From the NCBI GenBank assembly GCA_902512035.1, contig CABXHG010000002.1, positions 7,152 through 71,151 of the forward strand: a DNA stretch of 64,000 nt, written 5' to 3'. The position numbers and the translations under genes were made by a program. The notes under the pieces were generated by a model that searched no databases, was not told where the DNA came from, and was given only the letters and a program-made list of their open reading frames with translations. The DNA is from an uncultured Gammaproteobacteria bacterium (GTDB lineage: Bacteria; Pseudomonadota; Gammaproteobacteria; PS1; Pseudothioglobaceae). Each line of letters starts with the position of its first letter. The first letter of the stretch is position 1. Of this stretch, positions 63,156 to 64,000 are shown one piece after another.

Positions 63156-64000
63156 CTATTTTCCATTTATTTGATCCTGCAAAATTAGGTCTGAGGCTTT
63201 TTCACCGACCATAATCGTTGCAGCGTTAATATTACCACATACAAGTTGAGGAAATATCGATGCGTCAGCAACCCGAAGGCCTTGAATTCCATGAACTCTG
63301 AGACCGCTGTCAACAACATTACTATTTGGATCAAGACCCATTCTGCAAGTACTAGATGGATGAAAAACAGTCCACACCGTCTCTTTGATATGCTGGATCA
63401 TTTGTTCATCAGTTTGGCACTCAGACCCTGGACGGAATTCATCTCCAATGACTGAACTGAAACTATCAGTTTGAGCTAATTTTCTAAGAACTTTTACCCC
63501 CTCTAATAGATCTCTAACGTCCTCATCATGAGAAAGATAATTTGGCTCTATGATTGGATGGATCAATGGATTACTACTTTTAATTCTCACCTGACCTCGT
63601 GAATGAGTGTTGCAATTTGAAACCCCTAGAAGCATTGCTGAAAAGGGATCAGGGCTCATCATCGCCCTCCTGTCTGGTGATTCAAGCGAATAGCTTACAG
63701 GTGAGAAATAAAGCTGGATGTTTGGCTTCTCAAGCCCTTCTCGAGTCCGAATAAATCCGCCCGACTGATTGACACTCAAACTCAGTGGGCCGCCTCTCGT
63801 TAATACATATCGCAGTCCTTGATAAATCTTACCCAGAAATGGCCTTAACTGGTCATTCAATGTTGGTACCTTACTTTTATAAAAATAACTCACTCCCAGG
63901 TGGTCTTGAAGGTTTTTACCAACAGCAGGGCTGTCATGAATTAATTGCACTGAAGCTTCTTCCAAAACCTTCTTTGGACCAACGCCTGAGATCTGTAATA
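63156..64000 (-). CDS. GMC oxidoreductase (choline dehydrogenase-like), C-terminal part; 5' end beyond the right edge
   Basis: Frame is open to the edge: LQISGVGP...VGKNLQDHL...SRG...FHPSSTCRMG...GLRVADASIFP...GNINAATIMVGEK. Confidence 0.9.
   Translation of the reverse strand, partial: LQISGVGPKKVLEEASVQLIHDSPAVGKNLQDHLGVSYFYKSKVPTLNDQLRPFLGKIYQGLRYVLTRGGPLSLSVNQSGGFIRTREGLEKPNIQLYFSPVSYSLESPDRRAMMSPDPFSAMLLGVSNCNTHSRGQVRIKSSNPLIHPIIEPNYLSHDEDVRDLLEGVKVLRKLAQTDSFSSVIGDEFRPGSECQTDEQMIQHIKETVWTVFHPSSTCRMGLDPNSNVVDSGLRVHGIQGLRVADASIFPQLVCGNINAATIMVGEKASDLILQDQINGK

Overview
An AT-rich, tightly packed gammaproteobacterial chromosome segment. Gene content and compaction suggest the marine SUP05/Thioglobaceae lineage (Pseudothioglobus-like), but this is inference only. 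The housekeeping backbone is a complete 14-gene nuoA-N operon, yhdP-tldD, argB-pyrK-yggS, rdgB-hemW, rpiA, pepA-pabC-mltG-tmk-holB-hemL, dsbC-rsmB and tig-clpP-clpX-hflX-lon. Three catabolic or uptake modules are embedded in it. (1) At 1-10.7 kb, the N-methylglutamate methylamine genes (mgsABC, gmaS; gmaS runs off the left edge and is missing from the ORF track) are preceded by an uncharacterised cassette: a second, divergent glutamine-synthetase-like ligase, an Lrp/AsnC regulator, an EutQ-like cupin, glyoxalase I, two divergent Rieske oxygenase alpha subunits and a D-2-hydroxyacid dehydrogenase. Three 30-bp-phased palindromes lie between the Rieske genes. (2) At 49.6-55.1 kb, a cytoplasmic BisC/DMSO-reductase-family molybdoenzyme is apparently co-transcribed with an EhuABCD-type ABC importer whose binding protein carries an extra CxxC; a duplicated terminator follows ehuB. 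(3) At 62-64 kb, a GMC oxidoreductase is followed by a mandelate-racemase-subgroup enzyme. Modules 1 and 2 are the best candidates for undescribed systems. No rRNA, tRNA, CRISPR, integrase or transposase was seen.
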